A stretch of 64,000 nucleotides of DNA from a virus, in IMG/VR virus record IMGVR_UViG_3300005288_000003, positions 33,841 to 97,840 of that record; one strand, 5' to 3'. The translations under genes were made by a program, and so were the position numbers. Below are positions 63,190-64,000 of the stretch, one piece after another; position 1 is the stretch's first letter; each line of letters starts with the position of its first letter. The notes below the pieces were generated by a model. It was given only the letters and a program-made list of their open reading frames with translations. It did not search any database and was not told the DNA's origin.

Positions 63190-63467
63190 TAGCCCACCAG
63201 TGCCTTGAGAGCAGCCAGAGCTTGCTCCACGTTAGCGATTGCAGCTTTGACAGTCTTCGCTTCAACAGCGGATTGTGCTACCAGTTCCAGTTCGCTTGCT
63301 GCACCGTAATCCCGTTCACCATCGTGGTCAAAACGGACGTAGACAGCGGAGCCACTCAGTTGTTCGACGGTGCCAACTTTACCGAAGTTACGATCATAGA
63401 ACGCACCCCCACGGTCGATCACTTTGACACGTTGGCCAACTTTCACATCACGGATATTCATGCTCAT
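63189..63467 (-). CDS. Single KOW/SH3 module plus short coiled coil
   Basis: KVGQRVKVI...GKVGTV...VYVRFD...DYG..ELELV. Confidence 0.75.
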   Translation of the reverse strand: MSMNIRDVKVGQRVKVIDRGGAFYDRNFGKVGTVEQLSGSAVYVRFDHDGERDYGAASELELVAQSAVEAKTVKAAIANVEQALAALKALVG

Positions 63468-63479
63468 TGTATTTCTCCT

Positions 63480-63704
63480 TTAAAGTGATTTGAGGGTTTC
63501 GATGGTGATTTGCACACCGTCTTGTACAATCAACGGGAAGCTCCGCAAGAAGCCGATTCCCATTTCAGAACACAAGTCTACCAATTGATCGACGTTGAAG
63601 TCAACATCCAATTGCTTGTATTCGTAGCTTACGCCCTTGGCGTCGAGGACGCTCTTTGCAGTGGTGCAAGAAGGGCAGTTTGTTTTACCGTAAATCGTAA
63701 TCAT
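63480..63704 (-). CDS. Glutaredoxin
   Basis: IYGKTNCPSC, SFPLI. Confidence 0.9.
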   Translation of the reverse strand: MITIYGKTNCPSCTTAKSVLDAKGVSYEYKQLDVDFNVDQLVDLCSEMGIGFLRSFPLIVQDGVQITIETLKSL

Positions 63705-63718
63705 TTATTTCTCCTGTG

Positions 63719-63934
63719 TCAATCGTTTTCTTGATCTTCATTTTCGCCTGCCATTTCTAGCAGATCGTTTATATGACGATCACCCAACCAAGTGCGAAGG
63801 TAGTGCAGCTCCTTGGCATCAGCGATCAATTGAACCACATCTTCGGGATCAATGCAACCGATTGCGTTGTAGTTATTTTCGACGGTTTCAATCGTCCATT
63901 CTTTCGTCCAGTGGCTCATACTAGCGTGGCTCAT
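63719..63934 (-). CDS. Hypothetical protein (start uncertain)
   Basis: MSHASMSHW start arises from a 15-bp tandem duplication. Confidence 0.5.
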   Translation of the reverse strand: MSHASMSHWTKEWTIETVENNYNAIGCIDPEDVVQLIADAKELHYLRTWLGDRHINDLLEMAGENEDQEND

Positions 63935-64000
63935 ACTAGCTTGCCAACGAGGCAGATAGTGAGGACACATGCAGCGAAGGTGTTTGCAACCCACGCCTTG

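Noticed and set aside
63912-63941. 15-bp tandem duplication as a repeat or CRISPR element
   Set aside because: Only two adjacent copies with no spacer; no CRISPR array was seen anywhere in the window.

Overview
The window is 64 kb of a lytic myovirus genome. Gene order and content resemble PAK_P1/KPP10/phiPsa374-type Pseudomonas phages (family placement is my inference). 1-19.2 kb (- strand): baseplate, tape measure, tail chaperone with a likely -1 frameshift, three tube-like paralogues, sheath, neck, capsid, portal and TerL. 19.3-23.1 kb (-): 22 CCA-ending tRNA genes covering 19 amino acids (no Trp), two HNH genes, and several structured non-tRNA spacers (a permuted YrlA-like fold, two pairs of H-type pseudoknots, a D-armless mini-tRNA). 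23.9-24.3 kb: divergent sigma70 promoters, an ~275-nt multi-hairpin non-coding transcript and IHF-like sites. 24.3-47.2 kb (+): PhoH, ClpP, dCMP deaminase, DNA ligase, small alarmone hydrolase, RNA-repair enzymes, the NARP1 NAD+ reconstitution pair, a macrodomain, a YgiB/YgiC-like pair, SLOG and MazG proteins, and many small ORFs. 47.3-57.5 kb (-): a promoter-dense block, probably a long terminal repeat or pre-early region. It carries two chromosome-type parS sites, about ten sigma54 (-24/-12) motifs and a DGQHR/DndB (ParB-fold) gene. 57.6-64 kb (-): small genes including KOW/SH3-repeat proteins and a glutaredoxin. The two best candidates for undescribed systems are (i) the parS + sigma54-site + DGQHR block and (ii) the tRNA array acting as a scaffold for non-tRNA structured RNAs. 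All calls come from reading the sequence by eye; no database searches or folding programs were run.
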